From Lophium mytilinum (taxonomy: Eukaryota): 64,000 nucleotides of DNA. Location of the stretch: contig MU004198.1 in the NCBI GenBank assembly GCA_010093605.1, forward strand, positions 1,242,726 through 1,306,725, given 5' to 3'. Below are positions 23,524-36,051 of this stretch, one piece after another. The notes beneath the pieces were generated by a model, which saw nothing but the letters and a program-made list of their open reading frames with translations, was not told the origin of the DNA and did not search any database. Position 1 is the first letter of the stretch, and each line of letters begins with the position of its first letter. Both the position numbers and the translations under genes were made by a program.

Positions 23524-25686
23524 ATGGACGTCGAACTCGAAACCCGCTTCGGCAAGTTCGCCGACCGTGATGGCGGCCTCCAACCCGAAGTGCTCGGCGA
23601 ATTGCACTCGATGCTCGGCCTGTACACGCTCGACCCGGAAGAGTTGTACTACAAATGGGAGTCTTACTGCATCAAGATGGCCCGAGAAGACATGAAGCTC
23701 GATTTGAAGACAGCGAGGGACTTGAAGAAGGATATCGAGGACGACATGGACCGCAAGAGCCGTAGCAAAGCTCAAGCGCATAGCAATAGGAAGAGGCCTG
23801 GTGCCACACCCCGCACTGGAGGGAAGAACGCGGACGTGTTTGGCATGTGAGGACAGCCACGACCATGAGCTGCTTTGCAATCGCTAACGGACCTAGGCTG
23901 GATGGTATAGTCCCCAACACGCCGCGTCCTAATGGCATGAGCGGCGTTGATAGCAGTACTACCAAGAGAAAGTCCAACTTCGAAACACCTGCGTCCAAAG
24001 TCGGCAAGAGCCATCCTATGAGCTCACCTGGCGGGCCTCATACACCCTATTCTAGCTCAGAGGCAAACGGACTGCACACCTACGACTTTTCCGCGCGCAA
24101 GGACATGGGCAAGATTGAAGAGCTGCTGAATGGACATATAGAGCTTGCAGAAGCCCCTGAGGAACCCCCTATGGAATCAAGGTTGAAGTTGAAGACCAAC
24201 ACTGATATGAAGAAGTTTTCGTACAAGACAATGGCCATGAAGCTCACAGAGGCGTCCGAAGTCCTCGACGACCGGATTGACGAGTTCAAGGTTCTCGTGC
24301 AGGACCATCACAAGCTAGAAGACTCTGCGTTTGGCAATCCCGGAGTTCAGAGCACCAGCGAGATTGTTGCTGTTGGGCGGATAGCCTCAGACGCTTACGG
24401 GGGACGACTCAACAATGCATCTCTGGTTCTTGAGTCGTCACGTCGCATGGGCTCTGGAAACCGCATACCACTTCGAGTCGATGCTGTGGAAGCTTATAAC
24501 TTCTTCCCAGGCCAGATAGTAGCTCTTCGAGGCACGAATGCATCCGGTGCCTTTTTCACAGTCAACGAGATTCTATCTCTTCCGTTGCTACCACAGGCTG
24601 CTACGAAACCCCAAGACCTTGAAGCCCTCAACGCCAGATACCTCGACACTCCTTCGTCGGATCCATCCCACCCTCGTCCTCTCACTATTCTAGCAGCTTC
24701 AGGCCCATTCACCCCTGATACTGTTCTCGACTTTTCCGCATTACAGGCTCTTCTCGACACAGCTATTTCTAGCGTCGCGGATGCTTTAATATTGACGGGA
24801 CCCTTCCTTGACGCCGAACATCCTCTTGTCCGTAGCGGAGACTTTGACCTTCCAGCATCAGCCACGAACCCGGACCAAGCAACTATCACGGACGTGTTTC
24901 GCCATTACGTCAGCAAGCCTCTCCAAGCCTTCTCAGCACAGCTACCTACTTGCACCATTATTCTTGTGCCCTCCCTTCGCGACGCAGTACATCGTCACGC
25001 GGCCTGGCCACAGGACAAACTTCCCAAGAAGGAACTCGGCCTTCCACGTCAGGCCCATGTCGTAACCAACCCAATGACCCTTACTATTAACGAATTCGTT
25101 GTTGCAATGAGCAGTGTCGATACGCTTGATATGCTTCGCAGGGAGGAGTGCGTTGGCGGAAAGGCGAAGGCGATTCCTCTACTTGAGCGTGGCGCAAGGA
25201 GTGTCATAGAACAACGAAGTTTTCTTCCTATCTTTCCACCTACTGGACGGGAGAACATGCCACCAGTCGCTGGATTACCTGGCGGGGAGAAGTTGATCAA
25301 CAAAAAAGATGACGAAGAAGAAACCAGCATGCCTTCGCCATTCTTGCCTCTTGGCGCCATGGTCGATACAAGCTACATGAAGCTCGGCGAGTGGTTGAAC
25401 GTGAGGCCAGATATTTTCATCTCGCCTTCTGTGCTGAGTCCGTTTGCTAAGGTATGTTCTTCCCAATTGCTTACCACACTTGATGTGCAGATTACTAATA
25501 TCTTCACAGTTCATTGAGACTATTCTCGTCATCAATCCCGGCACTCTCTCAAAACGGAGATCCGCCGGAACGTATGCAAGACTGACTATTCTCCCAGCTT
25601 CGTTGACCGATGAGGAAAGCGAAGCTGGGGTAAGCGTCGCGCACAGGATGTGGGAGAGAACGAGGGTGGATATTGTTAGGATTTAG
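23524..25686 (+). CDS. POL12: DNA polymerase alpha/primase B subunit (3 exons)
   Basis: ELYYKWESY N-terminus; VGRIASD...LESSRRMGSG.RIPL; FFPGQIVALRGTN; SGPFT, LILTGPFLD; PDIFISPSVL; INPGTL; introns near 23847-23897 and 25452-25510. Confidence 0.95.
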
Positions 25687-26065
25687 CAGAATAATCCGCT
25701 TTGCTCGTTACCATTGGCGTCTAAGCTGGACATGGGCGTAGGTATGCTCTCGTGGGCGGTGTTGGATACAAGGCGTTCTACCTTTTGGAATACAGCAAAT
25801 ATGATTCGTTCTTAGTTCTAGCATGACTAAAACACTGCAAGTCAGCCACACAGCCGGGCTGATTGCCATAATGCCTTTTTCCTCTCAACCGGGGATCCCA
25901 GAGTCGGTCCTTAGTTTGCTACCAGGCGCCACTTTGCTCGGGTGGCCGAATGAAGTGCAATCGGCCCGAGCTCGAAGGACTCGATCGCTGGGGAACCTCA
26001 ACACCCTCATCTTCCCCACACCTCCATGATTTCTCTCAGCCTTACCTATTTCTGGAGCCGAAAAT

Positions 26066-26682
26066 ATGACGCCTGCCAAAAATCGACGCATGCCCATCAA
26101 TTGCGAGCCTTGCCGATCGAGGAAGATACGATGCATTCGTAACCCAGCTCAGGGTCCATGCCAGACCTGTATACGCCGTGGAATAACTCCTTCGGACTGC
26201 GTGTTTCTGAGACGAAATCCCCCGGAGCAAAATACGACAGCACAACCTCCGGGCGCCGTTACCAACGATGAGCTTCTGAACGAATTCAAAGTCTAGAAAG
26301 TCTGCTGCGACGGCAAACAGACGCAATTCAGTCTAACTATTCTCTTCCCCACGATTCCCTAGCTCCAATGCCGCCAACGACGAATGACACCCTATCTTAA
26401 TCAGCCTATGCCGAGTCTTCCACTATGTCAATTTTCTCACCTCTAAGTGCTTCTCACCCGAAAAACTTAGTAGGAACACTTCACGTATCAAATTCCGGGC
26501 ACGTCCGGTATCGACCATATGCTTCGCAGTGGAACTCCCTTCTGGATGGGTCTGCCCTGACCGGAACCGCGGTGACTTTTGGTCATGGCCCTGCGAATGA
26601 AGAAACATCCTTTCCTTACGACATGTCCTCTCGATCGACCATTCAAGACGTGGTCGCAAGATTGCGAGCTCCACCACGCTAA
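26066..26682 (+). pseudogene. Truncated Zn(II)2Cys6 transcription factor
   Basis: CEPCRSRKIRC...CQTC...C cluster; frameshift near 26280 (continues RIQSLESLLRRQ in another frame), TAA at 26398-26400, then in-frame GTLHVSNSGHVRY; sequence stops before any middle-homology region. Confidence 0.75.
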
Positions 26683-26869
26683 TAAGGCAGGGTCAGGATG
26701 ACCCGGTTGCCCCATTGTACGAATAGAACATTATCATGATAATCAGCGTACATGAATTTTTGAAGTCGCAGTGCCAAGCCCCCATACAAATTCACCTCGT
26801 ACGCTCGCCAAAGTGACATCGGATTTTTAGAATTCCAGCGTACAACCCGCGCATAATCTGCTTATCTCA

Positions 26870-27065
26870 GCATAGAAAGTTAGCTATCTCCTCTTCCTTA
26901 ATATTAAATTTACTCTTTTAAGATTAATTAGCAGTCCTCTTACTACTCTAGCCTTAAGAATAAACTTAAAACTTCTAATATGCCATCTTTAAATTTAGGC
27001 TTATACGGTCAACCGAATGGACGGCGTACAAGGGCGCCGCAACAATTACAAATTATACGGAACTA
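26870..27065. other. AT/TpA-rich patch, probable RIP-mutated relic
   Basis: cttaatattaaatttactcttttaagattaattagc...ccttaagaataaacttaaaacttctaata; clear compositional contrast with the flanks. Confidence 0.5.
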
Positions 27066-27217
27066 AACCTTTCCAACAGAAGCCTCCATTTGAAATTGCC
27101 AAGAGCCCTCATACTCACCCACGTACCGTACGCGTCATCCGAACTGGCTCTATAAGGGCCTCCAGCTTCATCAATTTGTACAGCACCTCAATCAGCATGT
27201 GAACTTTGAAAACCGCA

Positions 27218-28090
27218 ATGAAACCGTCACCATGGACCACGGTTGTTCTAACCGCAGCATCATACGCTCTCATCCTCCGCGCCCTTTCCCCAGCCCCGAC
27301 GACGCTCGCAACTCTCCGCTCGAACAACCGCAAGCTCTCCGCCACCCATTCTACCATAACCACCACCCTCGCCCTCTACTGCCTCCGCTACTCCTCATGG
27401 GACCTTCCGGACTCTACGCCTAGTCCCAGCGCCTCCCAGGGCTCACCAAAGCAGCCGATCGATCCCTCAACCACTCCACGGACTACCCACCTCGACGACT
27501 CCCACAACCCCCTCATCCAATCTCGCTCAACCTTCGCAAACTACATCACCTCGTTCGAAACCGGCTACATCATCCACGACATTTTGGCCCTCCTCTACTC
27601 CTCTTACCTTTCACGCAGCCTCCCTCGCAGCCTCCTCCGCGCCCCCGCATACCTAGCTCAAGACGCGCCCATCTTCTTCGCGCATCATGTTGCGCTCATC
27701 GCGTCGCTAGGGTTGCTACAAACGTATATTGCCAAAGGCAGGGAGAAGGGCGGTAAGATCATACTCGCATTCCTTTTGATGAACGCGAGCAATCCACTAT
27801 TACATGCGCGATGGTTCGTGAGACAGAGGACGGGGAGGGCGGATAAGAGGGTAGATGTTGCATTTGCTGCTGTATTTGCGGCCTCGAGGTTTGGGGCCGT
27901 TGCGTGGGTTTTGAGTAACTATGGGGCTTTTCATGGTCTGGGGGCTTGGGAGGCGTATAAGAGGTTGAGATGGCAGCGTAGGAGTGGGACGGCGGCGTTG
28001 ACGGGGTTTAATGCGGTTTGGTGGGTATTGCTTGTCTCGAAGATTGCGCAGAGGGAGGTTTTGGAGAGGAGAGTTCGGGAAAAGACGTGA
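27218..28090 (+). CDS. TLC (TRAM/LAG1/CLN8) domain membrane protein
   Basis: LSATHS, FETGYIIHD, FFAHH, FLLMNASNPLLHARW, FAASRF, FNAVWW motifs; several TM segments. Confidence 0.85.
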   Translation: MKPSPWTTVVLTAASYALILRALSPAPTTLATLRSNNRKLSATHSTITTTLALYCLRYSSWDLPDSTPSPSASQGSPKQPIDPSTTPRTTHLDDSHNPLIQSRSTFANYITSFETGYIIHDILALLYSSYLSRSLPRSLLRAPAYLAQDAPIFFAHHVALIASLGLLQTYIAKGREKGGKIILAFLLMNASNPLLHARWFVRQRTGRADKRVDVAFAAVFAASRFGAVAWVLSNYGAFHGLGAWEAYKRLRWQRRSGTAALTGFNAVWWVLLVSKIAQREVLERRVREKT

Positions 28091-28234
28091 GACTTGAGGC
28101 AAGTGGCACAAGCTGTAGCTTTTCAACTTGCAAGTCTCACGAGGATAGTCGATTGGAAGTAGGTAGCAGACAAGACATTCTCTTCAAAAAGATGTGTATC
28201 AGCTGTTGTACTAACACTATACAACCACAAGCAC

Positions 28235-29362
28235 TCATATCCTATCCATTCCAACCACCCGCTCAAACAACGCATCCCACAACCCAAAGAACGGCTCAAA
28301 CCCCCCTTTACCCGTAACATGGTGTCTCGCATGCTTCGCCGCTCCCCCGCCCCACCCAGCTGGTAGCATCTTCTCATACCCCCACGGCAGCTCCATCCCC
28401 GCGTGGATCTCAACCAGCAACCAGACGAACACCGGGGCGAACAGGGTCCGAGTGAGCACATGCGCGCCAATAATATTAAGGCTAAAGTTGGCAAGGAGCA
28501 CGAGCCCCAAGCGCTCGAAGACGGAGAGCTGGTTCGTGATCTGGGGCTGGAGTTGTGCGTAGTGCGAGTGGTGCGGGGCGTGGAAGGGCCGCAGGAACGC
28601 TAGAGCGTGGAGAACGAGGTGGAAGAGGAAGAAGAGCGCGTCGTAGATTATGAAGGAGGCGACGAGTTCGACGGCTAGGCGGCGGGAGGTTGGGGCGAGG
28701 GGGGGAAGGGCGCGGTGGGTCTGGAGGGGGGAGGAGAGGGTGAAGTTGTGGAGGGTTGGGAGCAGGAAGGTGGTGTGGCGTTGGGATCCGAATGAGAGGA
28801 AGGGAGTAGAAAGAGTTGAGTTGGTGAGCGGTTCAGGGTGTTGGAGCAGGAGGCCGGGATCGTAGTTGCCGGATGAGAGCATGGCGGATAGAGGCACATT
28901 GGCGAACTTCTTGATCATAGTCAAGTCCATGAGGATGAGCGGGAAGATGTATGTCAATGCTTCAGATTTGCGCCGGGATGGACGACGCATCCCTCGAGGA
29001 AGATTTCGATGGGTTCGTACAGGAGACGATGCATTGCTGGTTTTCTCGCTCCTAAATCCTTTAAAGTCGACTGTCATCTCTTCGTCCTGTCTTTTGGTAC
29101 CGTATTGTAGTCGTCATTCGGGATGTTTCACGAAGACGGAGAGAAATAAGGACTCTATGGCAGTGTAGCAAGCGACCGTCCAGATAGTCTCAAACGTCGA
29201 CCATTGGTAGAAGGTAGAAGTCTTGAGGTAGTCCCAAAGAAGTTCTAGGATTGACTGATAAAGAGAAGGAATGGCAATAGAAGTGAAGAAGATAGTGCTG
29301 AACACGACGCGCAATTTGAAGACTCGTGACGATGATTTCGATCCTATCTGAAGGTTCACCAT
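28235..29362 (-). pseudogene. Fatty-acid hydroxylase/sterol desaturase family (cholesterol 25-hydroxylase-like) with an in-frame TGA at 29114-29116
   Basis: His boxes HLVLH, HAPHH, EIHAG, HARHH and FEPFFGLWD; ORFs 29114-29362 and 28235-29077 share a frame (HPE*RLQ), suggesting W>stop. Confidence 0.75.
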
Positions 29363-29594
29363 GGTGGTCTCTCTTGAAGCCCCTTGTAGCTTCGCCGGTG
29401 GTACATAGTGCTGTAGGAGGGTACTTAAATACCTCTGTTCAAGTATTTGAGTAAGATGTGCCGCGTGGAAAGGACTTCGGTAGGCGTCATGAATTTGTCA
29501 ACCAAGCTAGCGCGATGCGGTATAGCGTTCCTTACTTCTCATTTATCTAATATTTCCCCTGCTTTCCTGTCATTTTCTCAACACCAACATCACA

Positions 29595-30245
29595 ATGCTC
29601 GATATCACCTTCCGACCTCTGAAGGACCGCGCTTTCGATCCCATATGCAGATTTGTTCCATTATCAGTCACACCTCTGCATGTTACAGGATTAGCTTTCG
29701 TCTGCGGGATTCTGGCCTGCAACTCCTCGTTGGGAGCTCACCCCAATCGGGCTTTATTCTGGTGGTCTCTCAATCGAATCCTCGACTGTCTTGATGGTGC
29801 ACTTGCACGTTCACGGAACCAAGCATCTGATCTCGGGGGCTTTCTTGACCTCCTTGGAGATTTCACCGTGTACTCCTTGATTCCAATGTCTTGCGCCGCC
29901 GGAGCCCCGATCCAAGTCAGCAGGATCGCCTCTACTTCCTCTCCAACTTCATTGTGGACTGCCGTCGCAACACTCGAAGCTAGTTTCTACATCAACAATT
30001 TCGTGCTCTTCTACATCGCGGCTGTTTTGGAGAAGAGAAAGACTACGACCGACGAGAAGCACGTGAAAGAATTGACGAGTGTGGCTATGAGGCCTGCCTT
30101 GATTGAAGGGCTTGAGAGCGGAATCTTCTTTACGCTCATGCTTGCATGCCCAAACTGGGTTGGGCTGCTTTGTTGGGTTATGGCGAGTCTCGTCGCCGTT
30201 GGGATCTGTCAACGAACTTGGTGGCTCGTTCCGGTACTCAGTTGA
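29595..30245 (+). CDS. CDP-alcohol phosphatidyltransferase family protein
   Basis: Signature DxxDGxxAR...GxxxDxxxD: LDCLDGALARSRNQASDLGGFLDLLGD; TPLHVT N-terminal motif. Confidence 0.9.
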   Translation: MLDITFRPLKDRAFDPICRFVPLSVTPLHVTGLAFVCGILACNSSLGAHPNRALFWWSLNRILDCLDGALARSRNQASDLGGFLDLLGDFTVYSLIPMSCAAGAPIQVSRIASTSSPTSLWTAVATLEASFYINNFVLFYIAAVLEKRKTTTDEKHVKELTSVAMRPALIEGLESGIFFTLMLACPNWVGLLCWVMASLVAVGICQRTWWLVPVLS

Positions 30246-31543
30246 AAGCAGACGGACCATTTCCATGTACGGCACTGTACTAGGGAGTGATATCAAAATC
30301 CCCTGGGACAGAACACTTCAGAAACTATGTACAAGTAACCAAGCAAGGAAGCCGATGAAGAGACGCTCGGCAGTACCAGACTGAGCTGATATCATCTCAG
30401 AAGAGGTTTGACGTTGATGAATAGCAGCATGCCACTTCGGTGCGGATGCGTTGGGAGAGCTCTCCAGTTGAAGTACAATCCACACTTATGGACGCGTATT
30501 TGGTGCTCAAGGAACATCATGAGCCACCACGCTTCGATTTGTATTCCTACTTCTTTCTTACATTGCTGAAACCATGACTTGGTGACCAACACTTCTTCAA
30601 GATTGGGGATGTAAAGACGCAGCAAACGCGGAAGACTAAGGCGTCTAGAGCACGAGTGCAGTCGGAGACACTTTCAAGAATGTGTCTGTCTAGAGCTCAA
30701 TGTTCTCTGCACATGAGGTGGAGTCAACAGACTTAGCTTTTGAAAGCTAAGATGGAAGAGGCGACCTACAGACCCCCACCTGACTTGCTGTTTGTCACCG
30801 ATTCTCAGAATAGGCTCAAACGGCACTAATGCGTAAGGATGGTCCGCGGGCCGCCTCCGGACTGTGCCGTTAGTGAACCAAAGTATAAGGAACAACGAAT
30901 TACAGCCTCAGAACAGAAGTTTATGCACGCTTGTTTCTTGTAAGATGTGCCTCGCTGCGTTTTGAGGGTTCAAAGGAGAATCATAATCTTCGACGGTGTG
31001 AATAGGTTCAATCTAGGCGGATTTGTTCAATCAATCTCACCACCGTCCGAGGTGGTCGAGCAAATCAATCCGAATATGCCAAGACCTAGAATATCGGGAG
31101 CTAGACGTTAGTATCCGTGGTTCACACAGCTCCACGTCACGCTTCAGATCATCTGACATCGGCACTTCATGTCAAAAACTTGCCGGAGTCTGTACCATGG
31201 AAACATTACATCTTCATTCTTGGCTACTTCTAGAAGACTCCTTGATTGGGGTAGGCGAAGAACCTCAGCCCCGTGACCCCATCGCAACTTGGTAGAGACG
31301 CGTCTATTCCTGTAATCGAACATGTTGGCGCAAGGAGGCCAAGGTATTCGCCCATGGGCAGTGACCATGAAAAGAAACTACTTAAGCTCCATGTTCCCCT
31401 TGGAAAGTGGAATACCACCAAGGTTCAGTTCTCTAGGATCAGACAGAATACAGACTCCAAAGCCAACATAACTCCATGATCGCCATTCGGGGCCATCTTT
31501 ATCACTCTATCCTCAAGCCGAAGTAACTATCTAGTACTTTGAC

Positions 31544-32209
31544 ATGAATTCCCTCTCCATCCTACTGGTAATATTCCACTTCCTCGCCAGCATCAATTGG
31601 TAGGCCATCTCGTTGCGTAGAGTCAAGCATCTTTAACTCACCACTCACAGCACCCCAACTCCAAAATGGGACGAGCTTGATAAGAGAGTAGCTAAAGGAG
31701 GAGGTGGCGGCGGCGGAGGACATGCAGCGGCACATGCCTTTTCATTCGGTAGATCTGGAGGCAGATACAGGAAAACCCCCGATGACTGCAACGGCGATCC
31801 TTTCGCGGCCTACGTCTACTTCAAAGACCCAGCCGTCCCCAACACGATCCTCTGCATCAACACCCCCTGGTACTACCGCTACACCCACGACCTCAGGGAG
31901 AAAGCTCTTCCAGACGCAGGATTCGTCGACGTGTCCAAGGAGGTCTACATCCCCTATTGTGGCTGGCAGCATACAGGCGGCGTCAGCAAGAAGGGCGTTT
32001 GGCGCGGGTCATATGGCTATCATGACAATACGACGAATGGGACGAAAGTGGGTAGGCCGAGCGAGCAGACGTTGAAAAAGATCAGGAGGGTGTTGGAGGA
32101 CACGTACCCTACTTCGGAGATTGCTATGATCTGTTTCTTCACTATCGGTGGGCCGATTGCATTGGTCGCTTTTGTGGTTATCTGCTGCAGGCCTAGGAGG
32201 CGCCATTAG
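31544..32209 (+). CDS. Small type-I membrane protein (signal peptide, KR site, Gly tract, C-terminal TM)
   Basis: Exon 31544-31599, intron 31600-31650, in frame with ORF 31931-32209: MNSLSILLVIFHFLASINCTPTPKWDELDKRVAKGGGGGGGGH...IAMICFFTIGGPIALVAFVVICCRPRRRH. Confidence 0.65.
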
Positions 32210-32761
32210 TGGCTCTGTTGGTGGACAGGACGGAAGCGGTGAAGATGGGATTTGGAAGAGTTCCTGATGCGGAAGTAATACGAGAAATATGATAGGTCTG
32301 GAGATTCGTTTATTAGGCGAGGGGAGGGGGCTGCGCTGCGCCCTGGACTTACGTACTCTTTACGGTCTTCAAGGAAATAAATTCCATTTCAGATATTGAG
32401 GCTGAGTCTGCGGCAGACTTCATGATATGGCTGACGACGATCTTTAATTCCAAACTGGCTGTCTACTTACCTGGTAGTGGTAGGTACGTAGATAGGCGAC
32501 TTCGCTGTGTTTGGCGACGCCACCCTCGCTAACCCCTCGAGCATTACGCATACGAGAGTAATTTATCCAAGGTTGGGCCCTGAATTATATCAAATCGTTT
32601 CCGTCCATTCGAACGTAACTGTACGTTGATTGATCCTTAAAAGCCCACTCTACCTTGCTATCCTCTTCCTAGTCCCAACCAATGGTACTAATTTCCAATC
32701 ACTTTCTCTATAACTCTCATCCCTCCACTTTCTCAGTCCTACTCCACTCTCTCCACCCACC

Positions 32762-34329
32762 ATAGCATCCTTCAAGCAAAACGAAATAATCTCAACCAAC
32801 CCCAACCAATTCCCCCAAGCCCCCCGCCATCGCTTCCTCGCAACCGCCTGGACCGCCATCAAAATCATCCTCCTCTTCCTTAACTACTTTCTCGCCCAAT
32901 ACGACAAGTTCATCCTCTCCTACTTCTCCGCCCCTCTCTCTCAAACCCTAAATCTCTCCGCCGCGGGCTACGGCGTCCTCTCCGGCTACGCCACCGGCAT
33001 CGTTCACGCCCTCCTCGCCATCCCCATCGCCTACGCCGCCGACTACACGCGCCACCGCGCCTTGCCACTCGCTGCCCTTTCGCTCTGGTGGTCCCTGAGC
33101 GTTGTCCTCCAATCCTTCACGCACAATTTCGCCCAGATCCTGCTCGCGCGCATCAGCATGGGTATCGGCCAGGCAGGCGTCGAGGCGCTGAGCCTGAGTC
33201 TGATCTCCGATTTGGCGAGCTGGCGCTACGTGTTTGTGGGCGAGAGCGTGTTCTACGTCGGGGTGTATATCGGAGAGGCGGTGAGCGGACAGATCGCGAC
33301 GGCGTTTAGGGGGCAGGGGAAGGGGTGGCGGGTTGCGCTGCGGGCGATTGGGATCACGGGCCTTGTGGTTGGGGCGTTGATTGCGGTGGTAGTGCCGGAG
33401 CCGGAGAGGCAGGGGGCACTGGTTCAGGGGACGCAGAGGGGGTGGTGGCCAGGCGGTGTTCGAGATGGGGATGGCGAGGGCGAGGGCGAAGGTGTGGCGT
33501 CCGTTGAGAAGAGGAGGAGCTTCAGAGCTGCGAAAGAGGACTTCGGCAAGACGGTGGTCTATGTCGTGCAGCTCCGCAGTTTCTGGCTGCTTGTGCTCAG
33601 CGCGGCGGTTCGCCAGTTGGCAGGGAATGTGTTTGGGTACTATGTGCCCGGCTATCTCTCTGACACGTATCCGTCGCAGACACGTCTTCTGTCGAACTAC
33701 GGTATCACCGTCGGCACCGTCGGATCTGTCGCTGTGCTCAGTGGCGGGGTACTCACCTCAGTTCTCTGGTCCAGGACGAAGTTGACGCCGATTTACCTCA
33801 CTGCTGTCGGTGGGATGATCAGCTCGCTCTTTGTGCTCCTCATGCTATTCTCCCGCGACATAGCTAGCGGCAATGAAGCCCGGGTGTGAAGATCCTCTAT
33901 GGGACCATGAGCATAGCGTATCTGACGGCGGAAACCTGGCTCGGATACCTCTTTGCGCTCATTGCAGGACTACTGCCGCCAGCATACAAAACGTTCGGTC
34001 TCGCAATTTGGAGCACTATTCAGGTTCTGATTTACTCAGCCGGACCGGAGATCATAGGCCTGGCGCTGAGAGATGTGGATCCAGGAAGTGAGGGGTATCG
34101 CAAGGATACGCAGGTTGCCCTTGCGGTGATAATTACTGTGGGATATTGGATTGCAGGAATAGGGTTGTTGATGGCAACTCCACTATTGAAGAGAGATCTA
34201 GAGATTCCTGGAACTTTGACGGAAAGAGTAAGTAGTCGGAGGAAAGTGTGGTTTGGAGGAGTCTCAATCCTGATATTGGCGATGGTAGTGGCTCTCTTTG
34301 TCGCAAGCATCGTGATTGCTGCCGAGTAG
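32762..34329 (+). pseudogene. Spinster-like MFS transporter with lost start codon and a frameshift
   Basis: CCACC-ATA-G at 32762 is in frame with ORF 33062 (LNYFLAQYDKFILSYF, YGVLSG, LARISMGIGQAG); frame shifts at ~33884 into ORF 33886-34329. Confidence 0.75.
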
Positions 34330-34439
34330 ATCCTAGCATTTGGGTAACTAGAACTTGGATATGACCTTAGAGCCGCTGATGTAATACTCGATGACTATTC
34401 AAAAATTGTTCATATCTTTCGAGTCGCTGTTCAGCCGAG

Positions 34440-35387
34440 CCTTATAGTCCGCGATATTTCCTTGCAAGTCTTCTGCAAGCGCCGGTATTAGAGAGTCCCC
34501 CCATCCATTCTTCCGATAGCTTAACAGCCCGAGTTGAATCAGAAACGTGTCAGTAGACGGGACTAGGTCCCAATAGAGCCAACTCCCCCCTTAGCCCTTC
34601 GCAAAGATATATGCACCTATTCCATGCCACTACTCGTACGACTTCTCCTTCCATTGCAGGCGGCGAGGGCAAAGATATGTTTCATCCGGCGCGGCTACAG
34701 CGTATAAGGCTTGGACGTCGGCGTTATAAAAGTTGTTCCTAACGACTACCTTCCTTAGGAAGGCAATTGACGGATCGTGAACCGGGATAGTAGATTTGTA
34801 CAGCCGATATATACGGAGCCGGTCTTATCGATAGTGGTATGCCATCCCTCATCTACTTTCTCCAAGCTGCTCACTCGTGCGTTCCGATTAAAGCGATCAA
34901 CAAGTTTGGTACCTCCATAAGACTTGCTTGTGATGTAGTTCCTTAGATATTGAGTCACAGGTCTCGCCGGGAAGTACCCGTGGCAGGTCTCGTCAAATGA
35001 AACGCCCATCAACGGAGCATCAGAGAACGAAGTCGTCCACAACAGAATCTGCGTCCAAAAGCTAACGTACGTACACGCGCCCCGAAGATCCGGTTAGGGT
35101 GGACTTCGCAGAGCGTGGAAGTTCCGAAATTTGCCGGCACTCCACACACCGCCGGCTTCTCCGTCTACCTCGAGAACGACGACGTCGTAATTCGGATGTA
35201 TCTCGAGATATGTGCGGACAGCCTGGATACCGTATATACCTACCAAGTGTGTCAGCGATACATTCAAGGCCATGTGTATATAAGGGGTAATACATACCCG
35301 ATCCAATGATAATTAGATCAACCTCATTCCTGTCTGCTATGATGCGTTTGATACTAAGACGGCGGTACCAGAGTTCTCGACGACCAT
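34440..35387 (-). pseudogene. Flavin-containing monooxygenase relic
   Basis: DLIIIGS|GIYGIQAVRTYLEIHP...VLE...GGVWS, then SFSDAP and VTQYLRNY; frameshifts and stops downstream; boundaries approximate. Confidence 0.7.
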
Positions 35388-36051
35388 CGGGATATCGAAA
35401 TGTTGTCTCTCTCCAAATGGAGCGTCTCCTCACTATCACAAGCCAGGTTTCGAATTCGCTGGTCTTTCTTGAGCGGTACCTGATCCAGGCCTCGACGGGC
35501 GCCCAGAATCACGACTTTGAGCAGGCGTCGAAGGCAGTCACAAAGACCGATGGCGGCTGAGTCTGAAATCATCGAAAAACGACAAGCTGAAACTCTGCTG
35601 ATTGGGAAACAGTTACACAGGATGGAAAAGATGTGAGGGAGGAACAAAGGCAGATTGATTGCAAATTGCCCTCGGCAAACCATGTTGCTGAAATAAGGCT
35701 TTCCCAAAGCTCGCTAGATCCCTGCGAAACTCCCCCACCCCCACATTGGAATGACGCATCCCTGGCACTGCCTGTGCGTCGCGTCTCTCATCTTCCAAAT
35801 ACCACTAGCCGCAATGAGGTAAGGACCCGAGCTGAAGCGATATTCCCAATCCGGCCTACACAGCCTCCTGAATACTCAAATACTTCTTCAATTCAATATC
35901 ATAATCTGTCATTCACTCAGTATGTACATACAACTACCTTGTACCCTTCACTCACCAAACCGAATCGACATTCCCCCTTCAATTCAATCACTCGACATCC
36001 CCAATATCTCATACCTATATATCATACTCCGAACCCAATAACACCCCTAAG

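Noticed and set aside
30392..31480. Possible degraded gene between the CDP-AP gene and the small membrane gene
   Set aside because: Only short, stop-interrupted frames with no motif I can identify
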